A stretch of DNA of 64,000 nucleotides from Perkinsus olseni (taxonomy: Eukaryota). The notes below the pieces were generated by a model. The model was not told the origin of the DNA. It searched no databases and saw only the letters and a list, made by a program, of their open reading frames with translations. Shown one piece after another: positions 1 through 12,749 of this stretch; the first letter of the stretch is position 1, and every line of letters starts with the position of its first letter. Where the stretch lies: assembly GCA_013115125.1 (NCBI GenBank), contig JABANN010000102.1, positions 1 through 64,000 on the forward strand. Direction: 5' to 3'. Made by a program: the position numbers and the translations under genes.

Positions 1-99
1 TGGTATAGATATCCTCGACCCCCATATAGGCAACGGCAACCTTATCCGCCAAATAGACTTCTGAATGGTATAGTTCCCATGACCGCAGGCTATCAACGT

Positions 100-1450
100 T
101 GGAGCGAAACTCCTCGAAAAGTGATGCCGGATCACTGATGCGGTGTTGGTTATCGGTCACCATGGTTATCGATTAGCATGGGTCGTTCGGAGGCCTCTGC
201 GACGCGGTCCTCAAGAAAACCAACTTCTTCCTGACCGCCTGAGGCGCCTTCTAGCGGGAGGACGACGAGCCTTCGGTGAGCGGGAGCCTTCTGTGAGAAG
301 ATTCCAAATGTTTATCAACCGACTTACTTGATCGCCATTTATTATTCATGAAGCTTTTACAACGATAGGATGTTGCGATGGACCTCCTTCATCTGTACAG
401 CGGAAAACTTCTTCATCATTCTTGTGTGTTGGAAGACCAAAAAGACATCTTCATTATCCCAATCTCTGTGTGTAGATAAGGCAATGATATATGACTTGTG
501 CCTAGTGATGAGAGGTTGTGTTCGGCGAGCTCTACCGGTCACTGATTGCATGTGGTTTACCAGCACTAGAGATCCGTGTTTCGCGGTTCTTGGAGAATTG
601 CTGTTCGTTTGTACGCCAGAGAGATCCCTCACCCTCACCGCTAGGAGTGGGTCCAGCAGTCTGAAGGGGCCGTGTGCCCGACAGGGATCCTCTAACCCCG
701 ACATGATAGGAGAACCTGGATCCCGGCCCTGCATGATCGCGCTCATCCGTACTAGCGCCAGAGCCGCAAAGAGAGACACATAAGCACAATGGTATCACAG
801 TTATGTGGTCTGGATACTCATCAAGGCGTTACCGTTTTGAAGAACTTCACCGAGGGCCAGAGTTTTACTCACGATTGTAAGAATCAATTGTTTTATCCAG
901 GGCCCGAGGACCCCACGACATATATAGCTGTCGGACTTCGAGTGGTGCGATGTGGTGTCCGACTTCAAGCTGGAGGTGTCCAGTTATGAAGCCTTCAGAG
1001 GCTCACAGGCAACTCCCACGATCAGAGGATGGTTTCTGAAGCAGAAATTCTGATGTCCTCAATGATTTGACCGGTGTGCACAGTTGAACTCTACGAGACC
1101 ATCTCATCCGAGCTCGACCAGTCTGCCCGCCTGTGGCGAGCGATACCATCATCCATCGAGCAGCATTGCTCAGTTCCCTCAAGCATGCTGATCGCGCGTG
1201 TTCTATTTCCATCCAACTTGTGCAAGAACGGCTTCGAAGGGTAACCTATACGGATATGAGTATCCATCATATTCTGCATAACATACTTGGGTCCTGGCCA
1301 CAATGCTGTCCCCATCGCTCGCTGTTCACCTTCGCCTCGCTATCTCACGACTCGGCTGTCCTCAGGCCTTCCCTGGGCTCAAGGAGAACTCCCTGAGGCT
1401 CGCAAACAACGGAGTGGATTGCTTGTTCAGCTAAGGCTCTCCCAATTGGG
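100..1450 (-). mobile_element. Heavily degenerate LTR-retrotransposon integrase remnant (Ty3/Gypsy-like)
   Basis: Minus-strand fragments fall in integrase order: HIRIGYP...CCSM (HHCC zinc-finger-like, ORF 1091..1315), then GPLGEVLQNGNA, then TGRARRTQ...DWDNEDVFLVFQH (like GxAERxN...DWDxxL). Many frameshifts. Confidence 0.35.
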
Positions 1451-2629
1451 CGAATCATACTGCACTAGCACTTACAGTTGCACAGAACCGCGCGACAAAG
1501 ACACGTCTCATTGTTTGTCCCGAGACTTGGTACCGGTCCGCATTTGACATCAGCTAGTAGGGAGTGCACGCTGCTGGTATCTTTCTCGTTCGAACTTTGC
1601 TTTTCCCGTTTCAGTCCTGACCCGGATCCGCTCAAACATCTCGATAACTCGACTCTTACCGAAGGCCTGGTTGCCGTGGAGTCGGCCGCTGAGAAGTTAA
1701 ACTACCAACGGCGTAGCAAGAAGCAAGTTATTATCCTGAAGAGCACTCTAGAGAGACTCGGGCCTCCTGGGGAAGCTCTGGTTGTCGAATTGCGAGATGT
1801 ATGTCGACTGACATCCGAGGCTATAGAGAAGGAATACGACACGTTCGAAGGCCTTTGCGATGAGGTCTACAAAGGCCTTGCCCCAACAGACCTCTTGACC
1901 TCTAGAAGACTCCGCTTGGGTGGTTGTCTAGCTATGCGAGCATCTACTATGTTAGCGTATACTGTTGTTATATACATTATTGAATGTGCCCATGATATAT
2001 GAACATTCCGGCCCTTTCTTGAGTGATTTTCTCGACCAGACTGTACGCTGAGATGGACGCTTCTTCCCCTGTGCGTGATGCATCTTGTCTGCGTGTGAAG
2101 GGGATACATAGTGATGATGTTTTGTGTGTGTCCAGCGGTGTGCCTGTTCGCGTTTGGCCAGTCAGTAAATGAGGACGAGGAGGGTGTCAACGGCGACCTA
2201 TCACCCCCGCTATCGGAATGGTAGGCAACATAACAGAGCGGACGAAGGGGTTGTGTTCACCCTCGAGTTGAACAACCCTGATGCTCTCATGGCCAAGGGT
2301 CGCCTACCAGTCCTTCCTCACATTCGCCGCCATCGGGCTAGGTCCCGAGTACACCTCAGTGCTGGAGGTGCTTGACATCATCCCTGCTCACGCCAGAGCA
2401 GCTTCAGATGACTTCATTGATTTCCAAGTAACATATTCGGCTAAAGGTCACAGCTCAGCGTTTCGTCCCTACTATCAGGAGGGTGACCTTCGCCTGCCCT
2501 CTGAGATCATCAGCCGCCTGTCTCGTGTTGAGCCATTGAACATCACCGTTACAGGAGGTCCTTCAATGCCAACAGCCGTTATGGCTGACCGCCTCAGACG
2601 AGAGTAGCAGAATCGTTCCGCTGACTGCA

Positions 2630-4315
2630 TTGCCATTTTCCGGTAGGTTACCTCACGCCGATGTGACCGTCCTCCAGGGCAACCTCCGGGATGACACTGA
2701 GACCAGGGTCTTAGCGGAGCGAAGCATCCAACTGTCTAACTCGACAAGTCTCCCCACCGGTCGAACTGTTGTTATTGACTATTTGGGTTTGGCTCAGAAC
2801 CTTCGTGACGCTATGGCAGCAGTGAAGGGAGAGGAGATGCCGCTCGGGGAGTTGTCCCGGGCTGTGTTAGAGTACATGTCTAACCTCAGGAGCATGCTCG
2901 CACCCGGCGGTCTGTTGGTCCTCTTCAAACCCGGGGGTATACTGGACACCGAGCTGCTCGCAGCAATGGCCTTCCGAGCCTGCAATAGTACGGACGAGGT
3001 GATGGTGTGTCGGAAGGCCTCAGCGGAAGAACGCACTGATACAGCATGGGGGTTCTGGACTTCCTGCCGTCTTGGGGACTGCAGGCAACAGCGGCTTGGG
3101 TTGAGCGTTGGTGGTGAGTGGGTGACGGAGGAGAGGGCATGTCCGGAGAGCACTCATGGCTGTCAACTAGGGCATGCTGATACCAAGACTAGCGGTGAGG
3201 ACTTGGTTAGGACTCATACGGAACCGGGGCAGCCGTTGAGCGTAGAGGGACCTTTGAGGGAGGCCGTGACAGAAGGGGAAGTCGGAGACGTACGAGAGTC
3301 CCCGCCGGTCGTGGAGACCTCGGCGGACACACTTTTTGAGGAGGTGGCAAGCGTCGTCTCGATTGAGCCGCTCACTGTGGATGATGTGGCTTACCATGAA
3401 ACAGAAAGGGTCCAGTCAATATCGATAGAAGCGAGCGCTGTGATGAGAAGTGGGGCGGGCGTAACACTGAATGAAGATGAAGGCATATCCGAGGACGATC
3501 ATGGCCTCCAACGGGCAACTGCAGGGGAGCCTGGGCCGTCAGAGGCACAAGCCACTCAATCTCCAAGCTCGCTTTCGATGATCCAGGGGGAGCCTCTGGC
3601 GGTTGACGAGGGTCTGAGTCAACGAGTGGAAGATCCAACGCTGGGCACCGGGAGATTGGAGGGCTTCAGTATCACCACGCCCAACGACAACGGGGGAGAG
3701 ATGGCTGATGCTCCTAAGGAGAGAGAAGTTGGACGGACTCCAGAAATCGCTAGGGATGGGCTAGACGAGCCACTAGCGTTAGAGGAGGGTAACGCTGTCC
3801 CGTCGGTGGCAACCTCTCCCTATGACGGAGAGGAGGTGGTTGAAGGTGGGGCGTTGAGTCCTGGAGAGGTCGATTCAACGCAAGCCCTCGATGAGCCCGG
3901 GTCAAGTTTTCTTACTGTGGGTGAAGCGCCGCAGCATGGAGGTCAGGATTCGGATGCTCAAAGTTCTTCAGGCAAAGTGACTCCATCGACCTTGGAAAGC
4001 CCAGGAACGTATTTAAACGGGATGACGAAAGAAGGTTCACCGCACGACGACCTACTGGCAGGGACTCCGGCAATGGTGGAAACGGCTGCGGCGATTGTTG
4101 TCAACACAGCCAGGATTGTGGATTATGGAGAGGAAGATAACACCGCGATGACTGTGGATTATGGAGAAGAAGATAACACAGCGATGACTGTGGATTATGG
4201 AGAAGAAGATAACACAGCGATGACTGTGGATTATGGAGAGGAAGACAATCTGGTTACTGATATCAGAGGCTGCGAAGGCACTCCTGATGGGCAGTGCATT
4301 GACTTGTTCTCATGA
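2630..4315 (+). CDS. Intronless 561-aa ORF with an acidic low-complexity C-terminal half; unknown function, possibly element-borne; preceded by shorter same-strand ORFs 1478..2002 and 2281..2607
   Basis: Long open frame, E/D/S/G/P-rich, ending in a 12-aa repeat. No recognisable domain. Confidence 0.45.
   Translation: MPFSGRLPHADVTVLQGNLRDDTETRVLAERSIQLSNSTSLPTGRTVVIDYLGLAQNLRDAMAAVKGEEMPLGELSRAVLEYMSNLRSMLAPGGLLVLFKPGGILDTELLAAMAFRACNSTDEVMVCRKASAEERTDTAWGFWTSCRLGDCRQQRLGLSVGGEWVTEERACPESTHGCQLGHADTKTSGEDLVRTHTEPGQPLSVEGPLREAVTEGEVGDVRESPPVVETSADTLFEEVASVVSIEPLTVDDVAYHETERVQSISIEASAVMRSGAGVTLNEDEGISEDDHGLQRATAGEPGPSEAQATQSPSSLSMIQGEPLAVDEGLSQRVEDPTLGTGRLEGFSITTPNDNGGEMADAPKEREVGRTPEIARDGLDEPLALEEGNAVPSVATSPYDGEEVVEGGALSPGEVDSTQALDEPGSSFLTVGEAPQHGGQDSDAQSSSGKVTPSTLESPGTYLNGMTKEGSPHDDLLAGTPAMVETAAAIVVNTARIVDYGEEDNTAMTVDYGEEDNTAMTVDYGEEDNTAMTVDYGEEDNLVTDIRGCEGTPDGQCIDLFS
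4103..4250 (+). repeat. 36-bp coding tandem repeat, ~4 copies (VDYGEEDNTAMT)
   Basis: gtggattatggagargaagataacacmgcgatgact is repeated and is visible in both the DNA and the ORF translation. Confidence 0.95.
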
Positions 4316-6949
4316 CAAGTGCTGTGGCCAGAGCCTCTTGCATCACTCTTAGCGCATTGCGTGGTGCATCTTTTGGGTGCGGGTGTCGCTAAGTTACGTT
4401 CTTCTACGCATGTCGGATATCGACGATGAGAGTCAAGTGGTGGATGAGGGGGATCCGAGGGTGGACCAGTGCGTTGCTGAGGTCAGGCTGGTCTCCCCAT
4501 CACCCTTGAATTCTAGAAAACTTAGATAGAAGAGCTTACCCACTTAATCCGTGCCCAACAAAGACGCCTTGATGCCCAAGAACTACTCATTGAGGAATTG
4601 TGCCAGGCGAGCTTGTGTCGTAAATCAGTCGTTGACCAGACGCTCTCCCTGTCCCAGGCTCGGTGTGACGTCTGTTTGGCCCCCGAAACAGCCACCCGCG
4701 TGTTAAGTCAGGAAGTACGCAAAAAGAAGCAGGTATCCATAGCTCGTCATGAGCTCCCTGACTTCTCTCCCTCAGAGAGACACCTTAGCCTTGCGAGCTT
4801 CCATTATAGTATCAGCTGTCATGTTCGGCGTAGTTTCCAAAGTAACTACTCCCATAGGCTGTGATCGTGATGGCGGCCTCTCCTTCTAGGTGATGTACTC
4901 GCATTATCAACTGCAGTACTGCTTCGAGCTCTTCTATAAGACGGCAAAGGAATCGATTCCCGAGCTCGAGGATATCGATTTCAGTCGACTCTCGTAGGGT
5001 CCCTCTGGGGAGCATGTCGAGGGCGGAAGTCGTCCGGAGTGATTCTCTCAGGCCGCTTTACTTCTCCCCAATATCTGCGACGGATGCCACAACAGCACCC
5101 GTGTGGTTTTTGATGAGCCTGCTGGCCTCCCTGTACCCCCAACGAGGTTCGCTTTCAAGGCGCTATGCTGCTGCTGCTGCTTGCAGGTTATCGGCATTTC
5201 TGCAATTCGCTGCGGTTCTGGTTGACAGAATACTGAGAACCATCGTGATGATGTCGATTCTCGCCGGCGGTGTTGTCTTCGTTTTCAAGTGAGAGATGTT
5301 ACTCGACTCAAGTAACTTGAGCGCTCGCTAGCGAAGTGTGTGCTTCTTAGGAACTTCGATTCCATCGTGCGGTGGTTCCGAGAGGACAAGGGAGGCGAGA
5401 CCGTCAGAGACCATCTGGAGGAAGTCAGTGGTGCATCGGCTGACATCGCTGTGAGATGAACGCGTCTTCATCTCTTACGGGCTTCCCTCCATCACTGCCC
5501 ATTCTCTGTTTGAAGAACATCAATTGAACCTGTTCCAGCGTAGGACTATGAGCTCACCGTGCACACCATGTTTAGGTATCATCAACGGCTACGGAAGTAG
5601 CCAGCGAGTCGGCAACAGCGACACTGCCGAAAACGCAGTGGTCGATATCAACAGATGGCTCGATGGAGCGGTCCATGGGTCCTTCCTCCAATGAGGAGGA
5701 GAGTACAACGTCGACGATTGGCTTCACTGGTCCGGTAACCAGACGAAGAGCTAAGGTAGGGCTGTGGGTGATGCACACACTACTACGGTTACATCTTTCA
5801 GGCGGTCCTTTAAAAGCATGCCCGACAGTTGGGGTGATGTCTTTGCTCGTCGTGAAGGTCAGAGATGAGCGGTAAAGATTCGCATGGAAAGGTTGAGGAT
5901 TATCATGTATCGCTCGACTGTGTTGTTCTGTCCCGTTATTTCCTCAGCATCACAGAATACACATGGCTAGTATATTTGCTTCGCCTGCTGATGTTGTGTT
6001 CTGTTATGTTACAAGAGCCTTAAGGTAGCAGTATCCTATATTGCAACCATAGCTAAAGTGGGCAAGAGAATGAGGTTCTTCGCAATGAAAGCTCGTGAGC
6101 ACCTTCCCGTTACGGTCCTCAACGATCATCATCTATCCAGCTGACTCCTTAGACGAGCGTCGGGCAAGGACGGATCGAACTGGCTCAAATCATAATGAAC
6201 AAACACAGCGTTTGGGGAGCTTCGCGTGTATAAGCGTTGGTCGAATGGAAAGAAGAGGCTCCGAGCCTCCGAGAGAAAAACTGACCGATGTACTCTACTC
6301 GCACATTGGCATAGGATACAGCCATAAAGGAGGTGCGCACGGAGCGAAGCAAAATGGAGAGTTTCACGCCAACAGATGTTTTGGGTATCTCTAATAACCA
6401 AACCTCAGCATGAGGAGAAACCGAGGGACAGTTCTATTGTTGAGCAATCGATGCTTTTTGCACGGGTCAAGGAGAAGTTGTGCAAATTGTCCCCTTGGAG
6501 CACCCTGCACAACTGTCCCACTATAGCTTCACGCTAGTTATACGCTAAGTCCTTGCGCTCGTTATAGATTCAGTATCAAGCATTGATATCTAATTATTCT
6601 CTAGTATGGTTGTGGTGGGTGATAGTGGTATGACTTGATAATCATAGAGAGATTATCTCAGAAGAAGGTCAGGGTCGCTGTAAAGGGATTCATTGTGGTC
6701 CATACTCGGTATCAATCGAAGTATGGGTGCAGGATGGTATCTTTCTAGTGATGCTTGCCTTTGATGGATGAGATCGTGGTATGTTGGTCGTAGTTGATCG
6801 TGTTGGCCACGTTGATAATAATCTTGGGGGAGCTGTCCACTTGTGGATGGTCTTCAGTGTATGATCCGAGTCGCAAAGAGTCGTCATTAAAGTAGTCGGT
6901 TAATCGTCCATGAAGTCCATGAATCGTGGAGCTCTACGGTGTGCTCAAA

Positions 6950-9360
6950 ACCTCTCATACGAATACGGTCGAAATTTCTTCTATGAATATGGTGGAAACT
7001 TCTTCTACGTCGTATCGTTTTCTATATTGCGAATGTTTTGGTACGGTTCACTGAGGAATGGGTATGTTCGGGCTTCTTCTATGGATATGGTCAAACGCCT
7101 TCTTCGGCTTCTGTTCTGGTACGGGTTATTCAGTAATGAGCATGATAGAAACTTCTTCATAGATATGGTCCTAATTTCTTCTATAAATATGGTCGTATAA
7201 CTTGTTCTTTGGATATGTTCGAAAGTTCTTCTATGAATATGATCGCAACTTCTTCTTCAGTGAATATGGTTGAAACTTCGTCTACGTCGTATAACGTCTT
7301 CTATATCGCGACTGTTTTGGTACGGTTCACTGAGGAATGGATATGTTCGAGCTTCTTCTATGGATATGGTCGTAACTTCATCTTTGGATATGGTCGAAAG
7401 TTCTTCTATAAATATGGTCGGAACGTCTTGTTTGACCTTCTCATGGTCCCGTTCACTAGGAAATGATTATTGTCGAACTTCTTATATGAATATGGTCGTA
7501 ACTTCTGTGAATGTGGTCGTAACGTCTTGTTTGATCTCTCTTGGTACGGTTCACTAGAAAATGAATATGGTCGAACTTCTTCCATGAATACGGTCGTAAC
7601 TTCTTCTTTTAATGTGGTCGTAACTTCTTCTATGAGTATGGTCGTAACTTCTTCCATGAAAATGGTCGTAACGTCTTATTTGATCTCTCTCTTGGTACGG
7701 TTCACTAGGAAATGAATATGGTCGACCTTTTTCTATGAATATGATCGCAACTTCTTCTGTGAATATGGTGGTAACTTCTTCTACACCGTAACGTCTGTAT
7801 CGCGACTATTTGGTATGGTTCAATGAGGAATGGATATGTTCGAGCTTCTATGAATATGGTCGTAACTTCTTTTATGNNNNNNNNNNNNNNNNNNNNNNNN
7901 NNNNNNNNNNNNNNNNNNNNNNNNNNNNNNNNNNNNNNNNNNNNNNNNNNNNNNNNNNNNNNNNNNNNNNNNNNNGAATGTGGTCATAACTTCTATGAAT
8001 GTGGTCATAACTTCTATGAATGTGGTCATAACTTCTATGAATGTGGTCATAACTTCTATGAATGTGGTCGTAACTTCTGTGAATATGGTCGAACTTCTTA
8101 TACGAATATGGTCGTAACTTCTTCTGTGAAAACGGTCGTAACGTCTTATTTGATCTCTCTCTTTCGGTACGGTTCACTAGAAAATGAATATGGTCGAACT
8201 TTTCCTTTGAATATGACCGCAACTTTTTCTATGAATATGGTGGTGACTTCTTCTACATCGTAACGTCTGTATCGCGACTATTTGGTACGGTTCACTGAGG
8301 AATGGATATGTTCGAGCTTCTTCTATGAATTTTGTCGTAACTTCTTCTATGAATGTGGTCGTAACTTCTTTTATGAATGTGGTCGAACTTCTTATATGAA
8401 TGTGGTCGAACTTCTTATATGAATGTGGTCGAACTTCTTATATGAATATGGTCGTAACTTCTTCTGTGAAAATGGTCGTAACGTCTTATTTGATCTCTCT
8501 CTTGGTACGGTTCACTAGGAAATGAATATGGTCGTAACTTCTTCTGTGGATATGGTCGTAACTTCTTCTGTGGATATGGTCGTAACTTCTTCTGTGGATA
8601 TGGTCGAAACTTCTTCGACGTCGTAACGTCTTCTACATCGCGATTGTTTCGGTACGGTTCACTGAGGAATGGATATGTTCGAGCTTCTTCTATGAATATG
8701 GTTGTAACGTCTTCTATGAATATGGTTGTAACGTCTTCTATGAATATGGTTGTAACGACTTCTATGAATATGGTGGTAACGTCTTGTTTGATTTTTCTCT
8801 TGATACGGTTCGCTAGAAAATGAATATGGTCGAACTTTTCCTATGAATATGGTCGTAACGCCTTGTTGGTACGGCTCACTAGGAAATGAATATGATCGCA
8901 ACTTCTTCTGTGGATATGGTTGTAGCTTCTTATATGAATATGGTTGTAACATCTTGTTTGACCTTCCTCTTGGTACGATTCACTAGGAAATGGAAATGGT
9001 CGAACTTCTTCTATGAATATGATCGAAACTTCTTCTACGTAGTAGCGTCTTCTGTGAATATGGTCGTAACTTCATCTGTGAATATGGTCGTAACTTCACC
9101 TGTGAATATGGTCGTAACTTCATCTGTGAATATGGTCGTAACTTCATCTGTGAATATGGTCGTAACTGCTTCGTCTTGTTTGAATTTTCTCTTGGTACGG
9201 TTCGCTGTGGAATGGGTATGTTCGAACTTCTTCAATGAACATGGTCGTGAGTTCTTCTACGTCGTAACGTCTCGTCTGGCTTCTGTCTTGGCACGGTTTG
9301 CTGAGGAATGAATATGGTTATAACGTCTTCTATGGATATGGTCGAAAAGTCTTATGAATA
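6950..9360. repeat. Complex higher-order satellite: 21-24-bp gaatatggtcgtaacttcttctat units punctuated by ggtacggttcact-containing linkers
   Basis: Dozens of degenerate monomers. Two recurring linker types: ...ggtacggttcactgaggaatggatatgttcgagc and ...ggtacggttcactaggaaatgaatatggtcg. Confidence 0.92.
7877..7975. other. Assembly gap (N run) inside the satellite
   Basis: Run of N. Confidence 0.99.
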
Positions 9361-10769
9361 TGTATGTTGTCCTCCAAACTTGGATCTATTTCAATGTTTT
9401 GGAGGATGCACAGAGCACGTTGTCTGGTGCTTCTTTGGTTTCTATCTGCGAGGGATCGAGTCTTTCGCTATTACTATCGCTGGAAGGTCGCTACTCCGCC
9501 CTCGTTGGGTCGGGGTGCTCTGGTACAGTCCGATATATCATGGTATGAATGGGCAGACCCAACCTGCTTCGTGTTTCGGTACATCTTCAGGTATCCTCTC
9601 ATCGTCCTCTACAGCGCCACGAGTTCTGTTCCGGTACATGTCATGGTTCTTGGGTCGAAGTGCTCTGCTGCGAATGGTCTATCCTAGTTGAATCCGGGAG
9701 AGTGATGATCACTCAGCGGTTCACTGTGTCCTCTATCATGTATCGCTTCTGTGCTTTTCATCTCGGCTGTCAGGTTATTATCGGTTGTCGGTAATTTCTT
9801 CGTCATACTTGATTCTGGTTATCTACCAACGGACGTCGATGGCGTCGTGTATTCCCTAGGTTCGTGAACAACTTCGTGATGATGTACAAGAGTCCAGTGG
9901 CGGATTACTGTGTTGTTTGTTGTCCACGAATCGGTGTGGCTGAGTTGCAGTGAGTCCCATTGTTGAAGCAAGTCCCCTCACAATCATCATCTCTTCCCTT
10001 ATGTACAGTCTCATGCTTACACACGGTATCCGCCGATAAGGTATCCTACGACTGTCTTGGTTGGCTGCAAAATAGGTATCCCTAATCCTGGCTGAAGGTT
10101 GATGAGAGTGTCGTCTCTGGCGAGGCTATGACCGGTATTGTGTGCTCGATTGCGTTTACCGAGACCTTTGTTGTGGAGATGGTCATGATGGCTAAAGTAA
10201 GGTGGTCGGGAAAGCTCGAGCATGCCGACCCATGACATCTCCTTAACATCTATGTCCCAATGTCGTAGTGTTCTTTCGTTTCTTCAAGTTTCATTTCTCG
10301 TAGGCTTAATAAGTGCTTATATCGGTATACTACAGAGTGTGTTGCGTTGCCACTGTAATTTCAAAGCTCAATCTTCGGGAGAGCATTTGGTTGTAGCCAA
10401 GATATTCAGAGACGCATGCCCAAGTATACTAGCCAGTGGCTAGTAGCCACGTACGGTTAACGGCGACACACTGAGGACTTTAAGCGCTCAAGAATATCCG
10501 GTCAGTAAGTTGTTGTTCGATATCAAGACACGACGGCGTCACAGAAGGGGACAGTGTCTCATCACCAAGCCTGGGTCTTTATGACATTGCCCTGTCAAGG
10601 TCCATCATCCAAACGCGGAACACACACGGTCAGAAACAACAACAGCACTCCTCCATGTTAGCTGCCAACCGGCATCCAAAAATAAAACTTCTTCAAATGG
10701 TCAAGGAAGTACCCACATATGTCGTACCTGACTCGGCAATCACCACGAGCGTCGTTATACACAGTGGTT

Positions 10770-12400
10770 GTTACCAGACAGTCTGAAAGACGTTCTGGCC
10801 GGGGGGAGGGGTGTCGGTAAAATCAAACCGCCACACAAGATACACCTTCGACCGGTTGTACTTTCGGTTGCCACGCTCTCTCTTGATCTGCAACAGCGGT
10901 GCGAAGCCGGGCGTCTCCTTTCTGTGGAGGCTCACCATCTTTCCGCTGTATATGATGGCATCGCCAAGGTCATAAGTTATCGAAGTGTTGCCATCAGGAC
11001 CGCTGCTGGTCAAGACGCCCTTGAAGACCTTGAGGGCTCGGGTCCACCACCAGTCAGTACTGAAGGGAAACACCCTACAAAGTATACGGAATCTGCGGCA
11101 CCTCACGCGTTCTTTCCAGCAACATGATGGGAGCCTGGTAGCACCTACCGAGGCCACACCGCTGCAGCTACGGAGACAAGGCAGGCTGCTCACCATGAGA
11201 GGGCCCAGCATCTCATCATCCAGCGTTAGAGGTACTACCACAGTGAGGCCGCCAGCACCATTGTCCAAGTGCCAGAACTGTCCCTGGGCCACGGGGTTCG
11301 CCACCACCATTTGCATCTGGCAGCGGACTGGAGAGAGCATCGACCGGAGGAAGCCTTTCTACGTCGGAGATGTACAACCGTGGTGCCACCGAGGGTATCA
11401 AATCAGGCCCTGAACCTGACAGGCCGGCCGAGAGAGATCCGACCCGAAGGCCTCCTCATACCATCGTCCTTGATGACAGGCTGGACCTCGGGTAAGATGT
11501 CTTTCAATGGCGTGTTGGTATCTTTAGGCGCATCGCTGCCCTTGGCCAGCAGCGTGTCCTATCGATAATCCATTCATCCGAGTGCAATTGATGACGCCAC
11601 CTACGCTTCGCTCCGCCTCCATATATCGATAAATGAGGGGCATGATCCCTCTGAGCACCCCATGAGCCAAGGCTTCGTACTGTGAGCGTCGAATGAGGTA
11701 ATGCCTGCAGAATCACCTCTACAAGTGTCATTTAAATATTCGTAAGTTGCCATCGATATTTGTGTTATCATAAGTTACTGTTGATAATATTGTTATTTGA
11801 TGGAGCCAGCAGAGCCACAGAAGGCCCAGAGTTAGGTCACTATAGCGAGGACCCTAGCCTGATCGCATCTTCCCATCCGAAACTTTTCGGAGTACAAGTA
11901 GGAGAGACCAGCCGCGCCACGGACCAGTTTCTGGTATACTGTACAACTACCTTCGGCCATTGGCAGAGTCAACTACAAAGCACTCCTCATCGCCCTCCTC
12001 GACGTCTTCGGTATCCACTTCTTGCGTGGTCATCTCTTCCCACTCCTCACCTGCCGAGGGACGATCAAACAAGGACGCACAGTTGGGAGGAGGCCCCGAG
12101 CACCTCGTTGGTACACTTTCGGGCACTTCACGTGAAGCTTGTCTCGCACTGACTTGATCATGTCCAGGTCTATCAAATTCGACACCTGACCACGCCAAAC
12201 AAAATGGGTATACATGAATCGCTTCGTTCCGCCTACCCTCACGAATCCATCGTCCTTGAGAAGCTCAAGAGCCTTCTGTTCCTCGTGAGCATCGAGTGTA
12301 CGTGTTCCCTCGGGCACCGGCTGCGTGAGGATGTTGGGCACGGGCGATCCAACATCATAGCCATACCTGCCATCGAACAACTCGTCGATGCTCTGCTCAT
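10770..12400 (-). mobile_element. Degenerate reverse-transcriptase-like retroelement remnant
   Basis: With one frameshift near 11355 the minus strand reads ISDVE(K)AFLRSML (D-x-x-K-A-F RT motif). It is followed by PLTLDDEML (possible YxDD remnant) and SVYFVG (xFLG-like). Superfamily is uncertain. Confidence 0.4.
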
Positions 12401-12749
12401 CATCATCACCACTGCGGTTGCCACATAGTGAGCCGCGACAGAAATGTCAGGAATTACGGGTGAATGGCCAGATGAATGCGAAAGAATCTTTCTGTGAGCT
12501 GCATCGATTGAAAAACTCATTATCGGCGTTACTGATTCACGATTCACTTTACTCAATCTGATCGCCGTATTCAACTTACATAACAAACCTAATCTTGTTT
12601 GCTCACCACTCACCCTATCTAAACTAACTACCGACCCAGTTTACTTGAATTCTAATTAATTCACTTACATCACACTGCCATCGATGCTTCTCGGCACGCG
12701 TCGGAAGATCGGATCAAATACTCGGTTCTCGGACCATCGCCGAACCAGC

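Noticed and set aside
6950-9360. CRISPR-like array, or protein-coding ORFs in the satellite
   Set aside because: The intervening sequences are themselves repeats rather than unique spacers, there are no cas genes, and the context is eukaryotic. ORFs such as MNMVVTSS are by-products of unit lengths divisible by 3.
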